Assembly (NCBI GenBank): GCA_022560735.1
Contig: JADFSO010000013.1
Coordinates: 4,851-68,850 of the forward strand
Source: Pseudomonadota bacterium
Lineage (GTDB): Bacteria; Pseudomonadota; Gammaproteobacteria; Steroidobacterales; MnTg04
Reading direction: 5' to 3'
DNA length: 64,000 nucleotides
The notes beneath the pieces were generated by a model. The model had not been told where the DNA came from. It saw only the letters and a program-made list of their open reading frames with translations, and made no database searches. The translations under genes and the position numbers were made by a program. This document shows positions 62,198 through 64,000 of this stretch, in pieces (positions within the stretch are counted from its first letter, which is position 1; every line of letters starts with the position of its first letter).

Positions 62198-62857
62198 ATG
62201 GCATTGAGCAGAGAACAAATCGCACAGCGGGTCGCGTCCGAGTTACGCGACGGTTATTACGTCAACCTGGGCATCGGCATCCCGACGCTGGTCGCCAACT
62301 GCATCCCCGCAGACATCGAGGTCATGCTGCAATCGGAGAACGGCTTGCTGGGCATGGGTCCGTTCCCGCTCGATGAGGAAGTCGACGCCGACCTGATCAA
62401 CGCCGGCAAGCAAACCGTGACGGCGATCACCGGCGCCGCGTATTTTTCATCGGCGGAAAGTTTCGCGATGATCCGCGGCGCCCATGTGGACCTGACGGTG
62501 CTCGGCGCATTCGAAATCGATCAGAACGGCAGCATCGCGTCGTGGATGATCCCCGGCAAACTGGTCAAGGGCATGGGCGGCGCCATGGACCTGGTTGCCG
62601 GGACCGACAACATCGTCGTGACCATGACCCACGCCAGTAAATCGGGGCAATCGAAACTGCTCGAATCGTGCACGCTGCCGTTGACCGGCGTGAACTGTAT
62701 CCGCAAGGTGGTCACCGATCTTGCCTATCTGGAAATCCACGACGGCGCGTTTCATCTCATAGAAAGAGCGCCCGGCGTATCGGTGGAAGAAATCAGGGAA
62801 AAAACGACGGGCCGGCTGATCGTCGATGGCGACGTGCCGGAGATGCGGCTCGACTGA
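62198..62857 (+). CDS. scoB: 3-oxoacid CoA-transferase subunit B
   Basis: 219 aa with the catalytic-glutamate motif LQSENGLLGMGP. Confidence 0.92.
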   Translation: MALSREQIAQRVASELRDGYYVNLGIGIPTLVANCIPADIEVMLQSENGLLGMGPFPLDEEVDADLINAGKQTVTAITGAAYFSSAESFAMIRGAHVDLTVLGAFEIDQNGSIASWMIPGKLVKGMGGAMDLVAGTDNIVVTMTHASKSGQSKLLESCTLPLTGVNCIRKVVTDLAYLEIHDGAFHLIERAPGVSVEEIREKTTGRLIVDGDVPEMRLD

Positions 62858-62876
62858 GGCTGTCTCCCTGGTGCCG

Positions 62877-63539
62877 ATGAAAGCCAGCCTGACCCCCAGG
62901 GAGCGGTATGCACGAGCGCTGGAAGACCCGGACTTCGTCGCGGACGCGGCCCAGGAAACGGCCATCGAGGCGCTGCAAGGAATCTACCTGCAGTTGATCG
63001 CCAGACCGGCGTCGCCGTCGCCCTGGCGCTTGCGCAACACGCTCTCCCGTGACCGGGAAATCGTACCGGTCACAGGCCTGTACCTTTGGGGCGGCGTCGG
63101 CCGCGGCAAGACCCGCCTGATGGACATGTTCTTTAGCACCCTGCCCTTCAGGCAAAAACAAAGACGCCATTTCCACCGTTTCATGTACGAATTGCACGAA
63201 CAGCTAAAAAACCGGAAACATCGACAAGACCCCGTCAAAGAGATCGCAAAACACCTGGCGCGGCGTACGCGGATTATTTGTTTCGATGAGTTTTTCGTAG
63301 CCGATATCGCCGATGCGATGTTGCTGGGCACGCTGTTCCGGGAATTGTTCCGACGCGGCGATTTATCGCGCTGGTCGATGAGTTCTATGACCACAAGGTC
63401 AAACTGATCCTGTCGGCCGCGGTACCGGCCGAACGGCTTTATCAAGGCGAAGCGGCTGGCCTTCGAGTTCAAAAGAACGGTCAGCCGCCTCGCCGAGATG
63501 CAGACGCACGCCTACCTCGGGCAGGCACACCTGGCCTGA
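62877..63539 (+). pseudogene. zapE: zapE (AFG1-like ATPase) remnant with a large internal deletion plus frameshifts
   Basis: Frame 1 from ATG 62877 gives the N-terminal half: Walker A GGVGRGKT and Walker B IICFDEFFVADIADAMLLGTLFRELFRRG. It then reads junk and stops at 63405-63407. From 63359 a second frame reads RFIALVDEFYDHKVKLILSAAVPAERLYQGE. From 63453 a third frame reads RLAFEFKRTVSRLAEMQTHAYLGQAHLA-stop (63537-63539). Compared with E. coli ZapE, about 150 central residues (ITLVATSN...ESEAR) are missing. Confidence 0.85.
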
Positions 63540-63560
63540 GAGCCGTTCGCTATGCGGGTT

Positions 63561-64000
63561 CTATATTTCGCCGTTTTTCGCCAACCGGCTGATATGCTCG
63601 GCCGCCCGAAAAGCCAGCGCCTGTATGGTTTCAGTCGGCTGCCCCCGACCGGATGTCACGAGGCTGCTGCCATCGCAGATAAACAGGTTCGGCACATCGT
63701 GGGTGCGATGATATTTGTCCACCACCGAGGTCGCCGGGTCGTTGCCCATGCGACAGGTCCCCAGCAGGTGCGCGGTGAAGGATTGCGGCCGCACCGGGTC
63801 CTTCCAGACCGTTTGCGCGCCCGCGGCCTCGAGAATTTCGGCGGCCCGGTCCACCAGGAAACGGGTGGTCGCGAGATCGTCCGGGTGATCGGTATAAGTC
63901 AGCCGGATACCGGGCAGGCCATAGCTGTCCATGTGCTCCGGGTCCAGTTCGACGCGGTTGCTCGCAACGGGCAGCGACGTGCTGTGAGTCGACGAATACA
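63561..64000 (-). CDS. GMC-family oxidoreductase, C-terminal part (5' end beyond the window)
   Basis: The reading frame is open from the right edge (...NRVELDPEHMDSYGLPGIRLTYTDHPDD...HLLGTCRMGNDPATSVVDKYHRTHDVPNLFICDGSSLVTSG), the typical GMC C-terminal substrate-binding domain. The track lists only the part from the internal Met at 63932. Confidence 0.8.
   Translation of the reverse strand, partial: YSSTHSTSLPVASNRVELDPEHMDSYGLPGIRLTYTDHPDDLATTRFLVDRAAEILEAAGAQTVWKDPVRPQSFTAHLLGTCRMGNDPATSVVDKYHRTHDVPNLFICDGSSLVTSGRGQPTETIQALAFRAAEHISRLAKNGEI

Overview
By eye this is a high-GC, gammaproteobacterial-type chromosomal segment that is almost entirely coding. I call about 57 CDS, 1 tRNA and 1 pseudogene. 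Most of it is core housekeeping in conserved order: guaBA with divergent xseA; der-bamB-yfgM-hisS-rodZ-pilW-rlmN-ndk; a stripped-down isc locus (iscA, IscU-like, iscS) with trmJ and divergent suhB; and secF-secD-yajC-tgt-queA. After these come an ECF sigma/anti-sigma/double-PDZ operon, tRNA-Leu(CAA), two tandem TPR paralogues, a nudix gene, fdxA, dsbC and xerD. The right half holds a PlsC-family acyltransferase, a TonB2/Ttp-type energy-transduction operon and a roughly 16-kb leucine/branched-chain catabolic supercluster (icmF, then divergently ldh, liuA, thiolase, liuB, liuC, liuD, liuE, SDR, ETF-QO, scoAB). A decayed zapE and a partial GMC oxidoreductase close the window. I saw no CRISPR array, rRNA, transposase, phage gene or recognisable defence gene, so I cannot point to an obvious novel multi-gene system. 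The items most worth a second look are: (1) an orphan 1392-aa polytopic membrane protein built from two homologous ectodomain-plus-4-TM modules (8415-12593); (2) a roughly 180-nt extended hairpin with strand-specific G-U pairs inside an unusually long 420-bp gap between xerD and the acyltransferase gene (39710-39890); (3) a minimal ISC locus whose IscU-like scaffold has lost two of three cluster cysteines and the LPPVK motif, with iscR/hscBA/fdx absent; (4) the ECF sigma/anti-sigma/protease-less double-PDZ operon; (5) a zapE remnant with a roughly 150-codon internal deletion and frameshifts. All function calls come from reading the supplied translations and my own reverse-strand translations; no database search was run.
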